64,000 bases of DNA from Lama guanicoe (lineage: Eukaryota): NCBI GenBank assembly GCA_013239625.1, contig MU054323.1:17116029-17180028 (forward strand), read 5' to 3'. The notes beneath the pieces were generated by a model. The model was not told the origin of the DNA. It worked only from the letters and a program-made list of their open reading frames with translations, and ran no database searches. Below are positions 47,750-59,391 of this stretch, piece after piece. The position numbers and the translations under genes are program-made. Numbering within the stretch: the first letter of the stretch is position 1; each line of letters begins with the position of its first letter.

Positions 47750-49962
47750 CAAAAAAGCAACTATAATGCTGAAAAAAATTGACAAAACAGTTTTGGTGCT
47801 CTGGAAGTTGACCCAAAACATATAACAATCCAAGACATGTTTATGTTTGGAAAACCGAACTTTGGGTAGAACAGCAGAAAACTGTGGCGTTCTTGCCTGG
47901 GGTTGCTTCCCTTCCCTTTATTCCCTCAGCCTAGTCACTGGAGCTTCTGCCAAGCCGCAACAGAATTATGACGACCAGCAGATGGCTATGGTTGAAGGGG
48001 GTTCCCAGTATGGAGTGGTAGGTGATACCCATACCCAACTGCTTTGTCAACAGAAATGATGACCTTGGTGCTACTGTGAGCAGGGAGGGCTGATGGCTGT
48101 ATTAGCTTGAGGCTGCAGTTGTGATTGGAGCAAGCAGATTTCTGGGTGATCAGAGGCTAAACACATGCACGTGCAGAGGAAATTAAAGGGAACTTAGCAG
48201 AGAGTAAAAGCTAGAGCAGACTTGTAAACAGCCTAAGGACTGAATCCACTCCCTGTGTACACACAGCCCCATCAGCAGAGGGCAGAAATCTGACTGGCTG
48301 AGGTGTTGGAGCACAATTTCTGTGCAGTTATGCTGACCACCAAACAAGCTCTGCTCACGGCAACCCCTCAACAGCAGAGCTTAAAATAAACACACAGATT
48401 AAAAAAAAATACCAAAGAGATTATAAAAGAGAACCAAGTGAAACTTCTGAGGTTGAAATGTACAGTAACAAGTGACAGTTCACTTGAAACTCAGGAGCAG
48501 ATTCGAGATGGCAGAAAAAAGAATACATGAACTTGAAGGTACATCAGTAGAAATTATTCAATCTGAAAAACAGAGGAAAAAAAACTGAACAAATTGGGAA
48601 AGAACCTCAGAGACCTGTGGGACAGCAAGCACATCAACATGCGTGTAATGAGGGTCCCAAAAGGAGAGTAAAAGGACAGAAAATATTTCAAGAAATAATG
48701 GCAAAAAACTCTCCAAATTTGACAAAAACCACTATTCTGTACACCTAAGAAGCTGAACAAAGTCCAAGAAGGATGAATACAAAGAGATTCCCAATTGACA
48801 CATCATATTTAAACTGTTAAATGCCAAAAAAGCAAAAAGAAAATTTGAAAGCAAAAGGAAATGGCTTATCACTATAGAAGATCACCAATACAGTTAACAT
48901 CTGACTTCTCATCTCAGACAGTGGAGTCCTGGGGGCAGCAGAATGACATAATCAATGTGCTTAAAAACCGAGGATTCTGTATTGCCCAAAACTACCCTTC
49001 AAATGCAAAAGTGAAACAAAAACGTTCCCAGATAAACAAACGAGAGAATTCCTTGTTAGCAGATCTGTCTTACAATACCAGAGGAAGTCTTTCATGCTGA
49101 AAGGAAATGAAGACAGTAACTTGTATCCATGGTAATGAGTTATTATCAAAAGTGGTAAATGTCTATTTTCTCGAGTTTATAATACATATACATAGCACAA
49201 GGGAGGGAAGTTCAGGAAAGGAAAATATATGGGAGCAAAATTTCTATATTTTACCAGAATATTAACCCGAAATAGACTGTGATATATTAAGGAACAGCCA
49301 CAAAGGAAATAACTCAAAAATAAAGTTAAAAATCAAGAGGAATTTAAATGGTACACTAAAAAAAAATGTTTAATGTAAAATAAAGTAGTAAAAAGAAGAG
49401 AAACAGGAGACATATAGAAAACAACAAAATGGCAACTGTAAATCCAAAACATTCCAACAGTTGTTATATGTAGATGGTTTAAACAACCCAAAAGACAGTT
49501 TGTCAGACTGAACTAAAAAAGCAAGATCTAGCAACTACAGCTGACCCCTGAACAACTCCCCAACATCCCCTGCCCAAATCAAAAACCCATATATAACTCT
49601 ACAGTCAGCCACCTGCATCCACAGTTCTGCATCCACGGATCATGCAGTACCATAGTACGTATGCAGTGTCTACTGAAGAAAACATCTGCGTGTAAGTGGG
49701 CCATGCAGGTCAAAGCCACACTGTTCAAGGGTCGGCTGTGTATGCGTCAATAAGCTGAAAGTAAATGGATGGGAAAGATATACCATACAAACAGTAATCA
49801 TAAAATTAGTGGAGTGGCTATGCTAAATACCAGAAAAAAGACTTTAAAGAAACAGTACTAGAGAGCGATTTTATAATGATAAAAGCATCAACACATCAGG
49901 AAGATATAATAATCATAAATGCATTCATGCATGTTAACAGAGCCTTAGATGCTTTGAAGCAA
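47750..49962 (+). mobile_element. Old L1 (L1M-type): 5' region, ORF1 remnant and start of ORF2
   Basis: ORF1-like CTCAGAGACCTGTGGGAC, GAAATAATGGCAAAAAACTCTCCAAATTTGA, CTGACTTCTCATC; ORF2 endonuclease-like GGATGGGAAAGATATACCAT, CAGGAAGATATAATAATCATAAAT; many disruptions. Confidence 0.8.
49538..49738. mobile_element. Tigger2-type MITE nested in the L1
   Basis: CAGCTGACCCCTGAACAA ... TGTTCAAGGGTCGGCTG; homologous to 41255-41446; inserted after a TA in the L1 ORF2 start. Confidence 0.8.
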
Positions 49963-50679
49963 TTGTGACCAGAGGCCATGTCTGGAGTTGCCTTATTGTT
50001 GGGTCTGGTAAATACTCCTTCAAATTTCTTGAACAGAGTATTAACTTTCTTAAAAAGTATTTCTCTGAGCACAGTGACCTCTACTGGTACTAATATAAAC
50101 TCCTTTTGCATAGAAAGGTTACACTCCAGGATTATTTGGTTAGAGAAAGTATCAGAGAATCTTAGAGGATATATCGTAGAATCTTCCTTTGAATCCCATG
50201 TGAGTGCTGCTAATTTTCTTATAATAGCAGTAAGCCAGGTCAGTCTGTCTAATAACTAGGGAACTAGGAGCACGCTAACACTAACCCCCTCAGCAGCAGT
50301 TTCTCATTCTGGTTGTGTATTAGCACTACCAAGGGAGACATTTAGAATATTAATGCCCAGCTTCACCCTCAGCAATTCTGACTTCATTAGAAGGTTTTAA
50401 AGCTCCTGGGGTGACCCTAATACGCGGCTGGGGATGAGAACCACTGCCATAGTAACATTCACCAATATCTTAAGTGCATTAATGTGTTTAGCTAGAATTT
50501 GCTCTCTAGCTTCAGGAAGCACTTCCTCCAGAATGAGTCACACACACACAAAAAAAATCTTCCTAGACCAAAAGTATGCCTTGGTAAGGCCCTGGCAACC
50601 CTACTGATAATCCTGGGACCCAAGATCTTCAGAGATAATTATTTTGAAGATTGTAAACAGTTAAAGAGAAATGTCTAAA

Positions 50680-50782
50680 CCAGGGGTGGGCAAACATTTT
50701 CTGTAAAGGGCCAGAGAGTTAAGTATTTTAAGCTTTGTGGGACTTAGTCTGAAGCAGTTACTCAGCTCTGCCCCTGTAACAG
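50680..50782. mobile_element. MER58-like hAT fragment
   Basis: CAGGGGTGGGCAAACATTTTCTGTAAAGGGCCAGA terminus. Confidence 0.7.
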
Positions 50783-52029
50783 TGTACCCATCCTTAGGCA
50801 AAGGAGGGAGGTACACTCTTGCTACAGGGGCCCAGAAACCGTGGTGATGGTCCTCTAAGACAATGACCAAGATAAACCCATCCATCTACCTTTATCTCTG
50901 TCACGTATGTTATTTCTTTACAGCCAGATTTTTTTATCCTTGGCAGTGAAAGGATCCATTTTCTAGAATCCAGATTTCTTGGAGATATAAACCAAAATAA
51001 AAACAGGGTCTTTGTATAGGATCACACCTAGCCACCTTCAAGCTTTAGTCATTAAGAACCCAGAGAAGTCTCAGAGGTAGATAGGACATAACTTTAGGCA
51101 AAGAAATGGAAGACTCACCTGGGCTCACCAATTCTTGGGGTGGTAAGTAAGTTTGCACCCTTTCTGCACAGAAATTTTCCACACCCTTTCTAAGTAGAAG
51201 TCTGAGAGTTAACCCGGATGAAGGGATAAAAACCTTGCACTAGAGTTGCAGAATAGAGCTGGGCATTATAAACAGCAGCCTAAGGATCTAAATACTCTGC
51301 AGGCAAATTCACATAGGAGTCAGTCTTACAGGCAGTTAAAATGAAAATGTGGGCTTTTAACTGAAATGGTGATTAATAATAAAAGTCTCAAATAAGAGAG
51401 GCGTTTTTTCTAATTTTCTGTTTGGCTTAAAAGAATTCATTCATTCATCCATGAATTCACTTTTCATTCATCAAATATTTAAGTGTTAATAAGCACTAGG
51501 CAATGAAAAAAAAAAAGCACAAGGCCTGGTACCTGCTGTCACAATTTGTGTTGTGGTAGCATATCTGCACGTAAGTAAACAGGTGATTACAGTGTAAACA
51601 GGAGTCCTACTAGAGAAGGTCAGTGTGTTAAGAGCAAGGGAACCTAAAACAGACTTTTGAATATATGGCAATTTTCCAGAGTGAGGGGAAAACATGTATT
51701 TTACCACAATTAAAACAAACTGCTGAGATACGATTTTTCAACACAAGATTGGTAAAAATCAACAAGGTTGATAGCCCACCATGTAGCTACACCATGTGTA
51801 CCAAATGGGCAATGGTACAGAGAAACAGGCCCTCTTACACATTTCCACCAGGGCAAGTAATAAGTACCTAATAAAAATACAAATGCATGGAACTTTTGAC
51901 CCAGCAATTCAACTTCTAGGGATTATCCTAGATACACAGGGTCACATTTGTAATGTACTGTACAAGGTTATTCACTGCAGAATTGTAATAGTAATTAGAA
52001 ACAACCCTCATATCCATCAATAGGGAACT

Positions 52030-52485
52030 GACTGAATTCCTGTTACTCTGCTCAAAAACTCTCCAAGATAGTCCCTTCCAAGGCATACAAAGTCCTCCAT
52101 GATCTACATCCCCCTCCTTTCCTATGCCATCTCTTCCCACACTCTCCTGTCCACTTCCTGCTGGCCTCCTTACCCTCCAACAGCTCAAACTACTCTAGGC
52201 CTTTGTTCGTACCATGCCCTCAGAAGTTGGTGTGCCTTACTCCCTCACCTGCTCATTGCTGTCACTATCAGAGGCTTCCTCAGGCCACCCTTAACACAAC
52301 AGCAACCAACTCCCTAGCCTTCTTTCTGCTTCATTACTCTCCGTATCAGTTATTACCCACCTGGTATTCGTTCATTTGTCTCTCCAGAAGTTAAGATCCA
52401 TGAAGGTAAAGACTCTTCATTTCTGCATTCCAAGGCTAGCAGTACCTGGCATACTGAAGGGGCACAAAAGTTTACTGCATAAATT
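52030..52485 (+). mobile_element. L2 3' end fragment
   Basis: CTCTGCTCAAAAACTCTCCAA, AAGATCCATGAAGGTAAAGAC, AGCAGTACCTGGCATA motifs. Confidence 0.65.
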
Positions 52486-54061
52486 ATACAACATCCAGGC
52501 AACTAAATAGTATGCAACAACAAAGGAAAAACCACTACTTTGAGAAGTGGCCTTGAGAGCTTAACAATTAATTGACTACTGCATTCCATGTGCTCCAGAG
52601 TCATCCAGCAAATTTTCCCCATTAAGTCTAAGAAGAAATTAGCCAAGTTATTAACTATGGTATACAATAGGTAAGACACCAAGGGTTATTTTGTTCTTTG
52701 ACTTTTTCATGTGGTTTTGTTTTAAAGGAGCAGTTAGGTGCTTCATTGATTAAAAAAGCAAAAGAGCTGAAACCACAGGTATGATTCAAACTTCTACCTC
52801 CTAGCAGATTAATAGTATAGTATTAAGTTACCAATCTCTCTGAGCTCATTTCCTCTTCTGTGAGATGAGGTTTAACAGTACTAATTCGTTGTGAGGTGAG
52901 GATTAAGTGACGTCCTTCGACATTTTTACTAGAATGGTTAACTGTAAACCTGTAGGGTGTCAAAAAGATTTATCAGACGTCGAAACTGGCTACTGGTGCT
53001 CTCCCCTGCCCCCTCACTGGCCTTAGTATAGTTCTGGATGTAACAGCTTTAATTCTACCGTATCATAAACCTAGGGATCTTTGCCTTATTTATTTGGTTT
53101 GTCACCAGTTCCACCACCCTCCAAACACTCCAAGACCAGCCAGGCCCTTAGTATTTTTTGCTACTTTGACCTTCTTTGCTTCACCCTGTCTTTACAGCTA
53201 TGTGTACATCCTCCACGTTACACAGCCCTCCCCTACAAAGGTCTCCAAGAAACAGCTGCTCAGAGCCAGCTCTAATTAGTTCTTTGCTACTATCTTTCAC
53301 TAATAACTCCTGGCCACCCTGCCAGTTTGGGGGCTTCCAACTCCTATCAGCTTAGTACATCTTAGAAATCAGGGTTCCTTTAGACTTCAAGATAGGCTAC
53401 ATAAAGACAAAAATCACAATCCCACACTACCAGTTCATTTAACCCAGAATCTCAAACTGATAGTATTTCAAGACCCCCTCAGATTTTCTTTGTCCTCAGG
53501 AAAGGAAACATGGAAAGATGATAGGACCACACCTCAGCTTAATACTTAGCCTAGTTTTAAAGTCCAAGGGAGAACTATCAAAGTGAAGGTTATGTACTTA
53601 CCTCTTCAATGCCTAGGAGAGAACTAAGGCCATACACCCAAAACAGCATCTGATGTGTTCAATTAGCTACCCATTAGTGCCATGTTTAAAATTTAAAATG
53701 AGTCTGGACCAGCACTTTTCAAGTCAATCACAATCAATGTAAGCAGTCTCAACTTCTAAAAATAAGAAAAAAGATGCACTGCACCAGTGTTATCATCTAA
53801 AGATGTATACTAAACACAGGAGGACTTACTGATTTGCAATCAACGGTACAAAAGGTATTGGCCTATATACCCAGTATTCCCTTTCCCCATTAAGAAAAAG
53901 AACTTTTTTATCTAAAAGCCATTTTTGCCCCTACCTCTCCTCCATATCCTTTCATATTAATCTCTAGGATGCTGCTAGTAATCCATCCCAAAGCCACAGG
54001 ATTAATGGATTTCTCCTCTTGGCTCAAATCTCCCACTTGGAAAAATTGAGTATCAGGACTG

Positions 54062-54082
54062 TTTATTCTCTGCAGATTTATT
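54062..54082 (-). terminator. SRSF7: SRSF7 distal poly(A) signals (two AATAAA)
   Basis: tttatt at 54077-54082 and 54062-54067, ending a ~1.4 kb 3'UTR with no repeat I could recognise. Confidence 0.65.
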
Positions 54083-55270
54083 GTTGAGTAAACTTATCTT
54101 TATATATACAGAACAATTAAAGCTGACCAAGTGCAACAAATAAGCCTGCTGATTACACACATAGCTTTATACCAACCATATAAAGCAGCCAATTGTCAAA
54201 ATTCCAAAAACAAAGCATCCAAACTTCCAACATACTAGTGATCATTTAGACCACTAAATAAATGAGGCAGATCAGTATTTTCAAATTGCAATGCCACCCA
54301 ATAACTTTGTTTAAAAGCACAAGAAACAAGGGCAGATAGCTGTGCCACCAGCTTTTTTTCTTTTTGCACCAAGGCTAGAGAATACTTGGTAAAAGCTTGA
54401 CCAGAAAACTCAAACTATTACTGCCTTACTATATGTAAGATATTTAAAGTCAGAATAAAGAATCGACTGGCTGTTAACATTCTAAGGTCTACCAGGTGCT
54501 ACCAGAAAATAACTACATGAAGTGTTGCTAAATATAGGTGGGATTTACAAAACTGCTTTTGTCTCATTAACATTTCTGATTGACATCTTTGATTACTTTG
54601 CACCAGCCTGGCAAAATGAGATCAAGTATGGTGGTGTTCGGGAACTGAAAAAAACCTAGCTTGGGAACTAACAGATCTCTGCTCAGAGTAAGGCAATCTA
54701 TTTTAAGGGACAGAGAAGAGTATCTGGACTGGAAAATTTTGCAAAGCTGGTTTACATCAAGATGTTTTGCCCCAAACTCAGACAATTCCTCAAACATGCA
54801 AAAATTTTGGTATAAAACTGGTTATGTTGAAAACAAAGAACATTGAATAGAATGAACTTCCTAAAATGAGGAGCTCTAATTTGACACCATCCCATGTAAC
54901 AGCCTGAAAACCTCAGTTAATGTACGTAAAATAACCTTCAAAAAACTCAGTCTCCAACATCAGGTCCACTACTTCTTATAAACCACATTTAAAAACTCAT
55001 TATTAGTTCCTGTCGTTCTAGTAACACCAACTCCAAAAGAATTGGAATTGTCATGATGCAAAATTAAGGAGGACTCAAGTTCTTAACCAAAGCTCTAAGG
55101 GTAAAAAAGAATTTCTTATATGTATGTATACTAATTAGTGATGTTCAAGACTTAAATAACACCATTAAGTTTGAACGTAGGTCTGCATAAACATAGTTAA
55201 TATTGACTCCTGAAGTTTACCAAATTGAGTATTAATATGGAACACAAATCAAAAATCTAGTTAGAAACAT

Positions 55271-55276
55271 TTTATT
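55271..55276 (-). terminator. SRSF7: SRSF7 proximal poly(A) signal AATAAA
   Basis: tttatt on + strand ~220 nt past the stop, with upstream UGUA. Confidence 0.65.
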
Positions 55277-55496
55277 TAAATGTGCCAAATAAAAACCCAC
55301 ATTTTCAGACCATAGGATGTTAATACATTCAACAAAAATTTATATTATCTTACTGCTGTGAATTTACACAGTAATAGTCCAGATCCATTCTGATTAGATG
55401 GTTGAAAATACCCTTCCCTAGGTTACACAGACATCACAAATCCCTTATAATAATGTAAACAAAATAACTTTTCCCTAAAAGGTGAACTTGAGAACT

Positions 55497-55551
55497 TCAG
55501 TCCACTCTTTCAGGACTTGCACTTCTTCGCGGACTTCCTGAAGGGGAACGA
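55497..55551 (-). CDS. SRSF7: SRSF7 exon 8 coding part (to stop)
   Basis: RSPSGSPRRSASPERVD-TGA; exons sum to 717 nt = 238 aa + stop. Confidence 0.96.
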
Positions 55552-55920
55552 CTAAAAAGAAAAACATCAGGTTTGGAATCAATTAGTGTCTATGGAAACT
55601 TACTCTTATCACATACATTGTCAAAACTCAAGTTTCAATAAACTCAAAGGTGGCCAAAAGTAGTAAGTTCCTGTAGCAGAAATATAAAAATTACTTAAGG
55701 CTTAAGAGACTCCTTGCTAAAATTACAAAATTTAGTTAAAGAGAACAACTATTTGAATTTTAGGGGTTTGGGGGAGGTCTAAGAAACTCTGTACCTAGTA
55801 TTTTGATGTATATAGCACCAATTCTCCAAAGAGCTCAAAGCCTGCAAAAGTAGGCAGTAAGCAAATATTCTGAAGTTTTTCTGCACAGTTAAGATTTGGC
55901 AACAAATAAATTTAGCTTAC

Positions 55921-55956
55921 CTTCTTTTTGGAGATGGAGATCTGGACTTTGAACGG
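55921..55956 (-). CDS. SRSF7: SRSF7 exon 7 (RS micro-exon)
   Basis: RSKSRSPSPKR; cag| ... AG|gtaagc; 36 nt. Confidence 0.93.
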
Positions 55957-56493
55957 CTGTCAAAACATGAGAAATTCTATTAAGAAAAAGTACTATCCAA
56001 CCCCCTTCTTAAGTCACAATACCATAAAATAAACCCCCACACTGTCCTGAACTTTCAATGTCAGGCTGCAATTAAACTGAAAAATAACCTACCAGCTTTT
56101 GTCAACAAAAATCCAATCTTCCAGTAACTTTTCTTCATCAAATGAGTGAACTGATTTTATCACAACCAATCCTTTACACTGCTTTAAAGCACAATTATCT
56201 CAGAACTCTTCTCCATGCATCTTATCAGTTCTAACATGGGCCTCTTAATATAACCCCAAATTCACCAACATCTTTCTCACTAGTTTAACATGCCCTTGTC
56301 CAAGAAGTCAGCTAAAATAGGCCATGTAAAAAAGGAAGTTCTAAAGTTTAGATTTACTAATGAAGTGCCATATTCCTACTTAACATCTGGCTTAGAGCTA
56401 ACACTTGAAATTTCAACAACTCAAAAACACTTTGAACTCTTTGGATATTGGTGCCATATAACTAGAAGAGTATCAATGAGATTTTTACTCTAC

Positions 56494-56547
56494 CTGCTTC
56501 TTGGTCGTGAAAGAGACCTCGATCTTGATCTCGACCTGGATCGGGAT
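56494..56547 (-). CDS. SRSF7: SRSF7 exon 6 (RS domain)
   Basis: SRSRSRSRSRSLSRPRS; acceptor ttattaag|, donor AG|gtagag; 54 nt. Confidence 0.93.
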
Positions 56548-57814
56548 CTTAATAAAAAGAAAAACAAATACAATTATACCAATTAGTCCATAAGAGTCAT
56601 CTACTTAAACATCTACTGAGTACCTTACTAAGTAGGCTAAAAATAGAGGGGCTAAAACTGAGCAACATGCCTTTTATCAGTCTAAGATCGGACAAATAAT
56701 CACTTTTGATAACCTATTATCAAATAAAGAACTACCATTTCAATTATCTATCATCCTCAGTGGAGCTGGGTTGTCAGTTCCTCTACCACAGTACAGTATT
56801 CTTAAAACACTGTGTAGTATCCAAGAGAAGTAAATGGTTTTCAGGAGAAAACTGGTATGATTTTATCTTAAAAGAAATCAACCTCTTGTAGACTGCTGAA
56901 CTGAAAATTTCTTCAGGTGGTAAGCTCAATGAAAAAAAAGTCAAGACGTGCCAAGGCTGAAAATTTTTCTTGAATCATCAATAAACTATCATGGTCCAGG
57001 ACCATCAATTTGTCAGACAAACCAAATCAGGCTAACAGACACAGCCTGAGGTCTTCCAGTCAAATTAAATGCATTTATCTGGAGAAGGTCCAGAGTTTTT
57101 TCAAATGGACCACAAGTTTTGGAATCCCTGCACCAAAGGACTTTGTGCTATTACTGAATAGCAGTTAGTTCCCAGTAGCATTCCCTACCATTGACTCATC
57201 CTGGGGTAGCACCGTCAACAACTTTTTTAAAATTGTATCCATTTCTATCACCTTTTAAAGCCTTCTACAAAGTGATTAAAAGCTTCTGAGGTGTCTAGTT
57301 TGATTTTTAACTTAAATTTCAGTGTCTCACCTAAGTGGTGAAACAGGCCATGTTCACCCTTATGTATACTATTACCCTAAACAACTTTCCATGGTCTCAA
57401 ACTCACCCTATCATTCCAAAAAAGAGGAAACTCCTTCTAATTCTAAATCTCTTCCTTGTCCTAATGGCCCTTCTTATGAGGAATCAGTCAAATATCTTTT
57501 AGAGCTAGTATCTTTTACCTGCACAACAGATACCACCTGACAACCGAAAGTTTTCAACATGTTTAACCCAAGTGTTCGCTGGAATGATATGAGGATTTGT
57601 GCTCTGGATCCTCCTCTACCACAGCTTCTGTAACAACTCTTATTAAATCTTTAGTTGGGCTTTTCTCATCATGTGTACATGTATAATTTCAACTTCTCAA
57701 TTTCAAATATTTTCTGCAGCATTCCATTTCAATTATGTCCTTAAGACATTCCATTGCTGTCATTAAGACGTGACAATCCAAATACAAATGAGGGGAAACA
57801 AAAATGTTACATAC

Positions 57815-57925
57815 TGGAAATACCTCGATCCTTTTATAGAACCAGACCTAGATCGTCTGAGTGAAGCTGATCTTGATCTACGAAGAGACACAGATCTCGA
57901 TCGTCGAGGAGATGCTGATCTTGAT
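57815..57925 (-). CDS. SRSF7: SRSF7 exon 5 (RS domain)
   Basis: [37 protein letters not shown]; donor CA|gtatgt; 111 nt; alternative donor 9 nt upstream. Confidence 0.95.
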
Positions 57926-58011
57926 CTAAAAATTAAGTCAAAGTAGTTTAAGTCCATCTCCAATTATTTTTTTTATCATGTTGACAACTTGAATTAAACA
58001 AGATCTCTCAC

Positions 58012-58086
58012 CTCCTTCCCCTGCTCCTGCTGCGTGAGCGAGAGTATCGCCTACCTCTGGATCTTGAATGTGATCTAGACCGTGAC
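58012..58086 (-). CDS. SRSF7: SRSF7 exon 4 (RS domain)
   Basis: SRSRSHSRSRGRRYSRSRSRSRGR; tag| ... AG|gtgaga; 75 nt. Confidence 0.96.
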
Positions 58087-58317
58087 CTATTTTTCAAGTC
58101 AGAAAAAAGGAAAATGTCAGATGGTAACTCGTCTTTAGAGTTTGTGTGCCTCTGCTGAAATCAAATCTCAAAACTATTTTAATTTAGTGTCTCATTTGGA
58201 AATAAACTCTGGGCCTATTAGTTTTTTTTTAACTACCTAAAAAAAGATTTGTTAAAAGCTCAATTACATTTTAGAATTACATAATATAAAACACCATAAT
58301 GTGTATTTAAAATAAAC

Positions 58318-58765
58318 CTTGCAAGTTTGCAGGTCGACCCTCTTTGGCCCATGGTCTAGTAGATCTAGACGATCTAGAAGTATCTATAGCCGATCGCTGC
58401 ATCTAGATGTTTTCTTCAATCTAACGACGATCAAACTGACAGCCAAATGAGCCAGATGAGGCTTGATTGACGCAAGAAGATTTTTCTAGTTGGGAATGTG
58501 GTCAATCTGGTGTTCCTCTTTCTAAACCGGAGGGGGCCCCAATTGTAAGCCAAATTTACTGTTACGGCGATCACCGTCTCAAATTTTCTGCCCTTTAAAG
58601 AATAAGGTGAAGCTAGGTGTAGATGACTCGAGGGGATCTGGCCTCTTATGCTGATCACCTCAAGGTCTAGGAGGATCTTAATTGTCGGATTTGCAAGGCG
58701 CCTCAGCATGATATCATAAGGCTCGTGACATTCTGAATCAAGGCGACTGACTCAAACGAAGAAAC
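58318..58765 (-). other. SRSF7: SRSF7 poison cassette exon in intron 3 (AS-NMD / Split-ORF exon)
   Basis: Acceptor ctttcag|G at 58765; in-frame TGA at 58740-58738; candidate donor AAG|GTTTAT at 58318; SRSF7 intron 3 is known to carry a conserved poison exon. The donor-side boundary is inferred. Confidence 0.8.
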
Positions 58766-58952
58766 CTGAAAGGTTTTGACCAGGTTGATTATTAATATAT
58801 TAACATTTATTTAATTAAACAAAAATTGTAAAATACACCTGTACAATTAACATTCAAGTTTATAGAAAAAAAAATACTAATTTCTGCCTTGGTAATAAAA
58901 GAATTAACTCGATTAACTATTACACCAACCGTTCCTTTATTAAAATAAATAC

Positions 58953-59129
58953 CTGCTTCTCCTTCGTCGGCTATAGCGATGACAATCATAAGCATAATGT
59001 CCCTTTTCGCCACACTCATAGCATCTATCATTGGGATCAAAGGGACGGCGGGCAGGTGGTCTATCAAAACGAGATCTCCGAGGCATGCCTGTTGATAGTT
59101 CAACTCTCACTCGGGAACCACAAATCACT
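58953..59129 (-). CDS. SRSF7: SRSF7 exon 3 (RRM end + CCHC zinc knuckle)
   Basis: [58 protein letters not shown]; Cx2Cx4Hx4C knuckle distinguishes SRSF7 from SRSF3; 177 nt. Confidence 0.98.
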
Positions 59130-59391
59130 CTATAAAAGAAAACAAAATTCTAATGCTAAAAAAAAACCACTCATGTGACTTCCAGATTTGGGACTTTACA
59201 ACCACTCCTCCTTTGCCCTCACAAGCTTCAGCTATGTTTCTAAGCCCTTTAATTTCCACCTTTGCTCCCCCTTCCTGTCTTAATAGAATGATTAGGTATT
59301 TATCTAAAATTTCCTCCAGACTACAGAATCCTAGCTTAGGACAGGAATAGTCTCATCAACATTTAAGTTTCATAACTGACACCTTACTTAC

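Noticed and set aside
56290..56586. ORF with DLDLDLDRD repeats
   Set aside because: Antisense reading of the RS-coding exon 6
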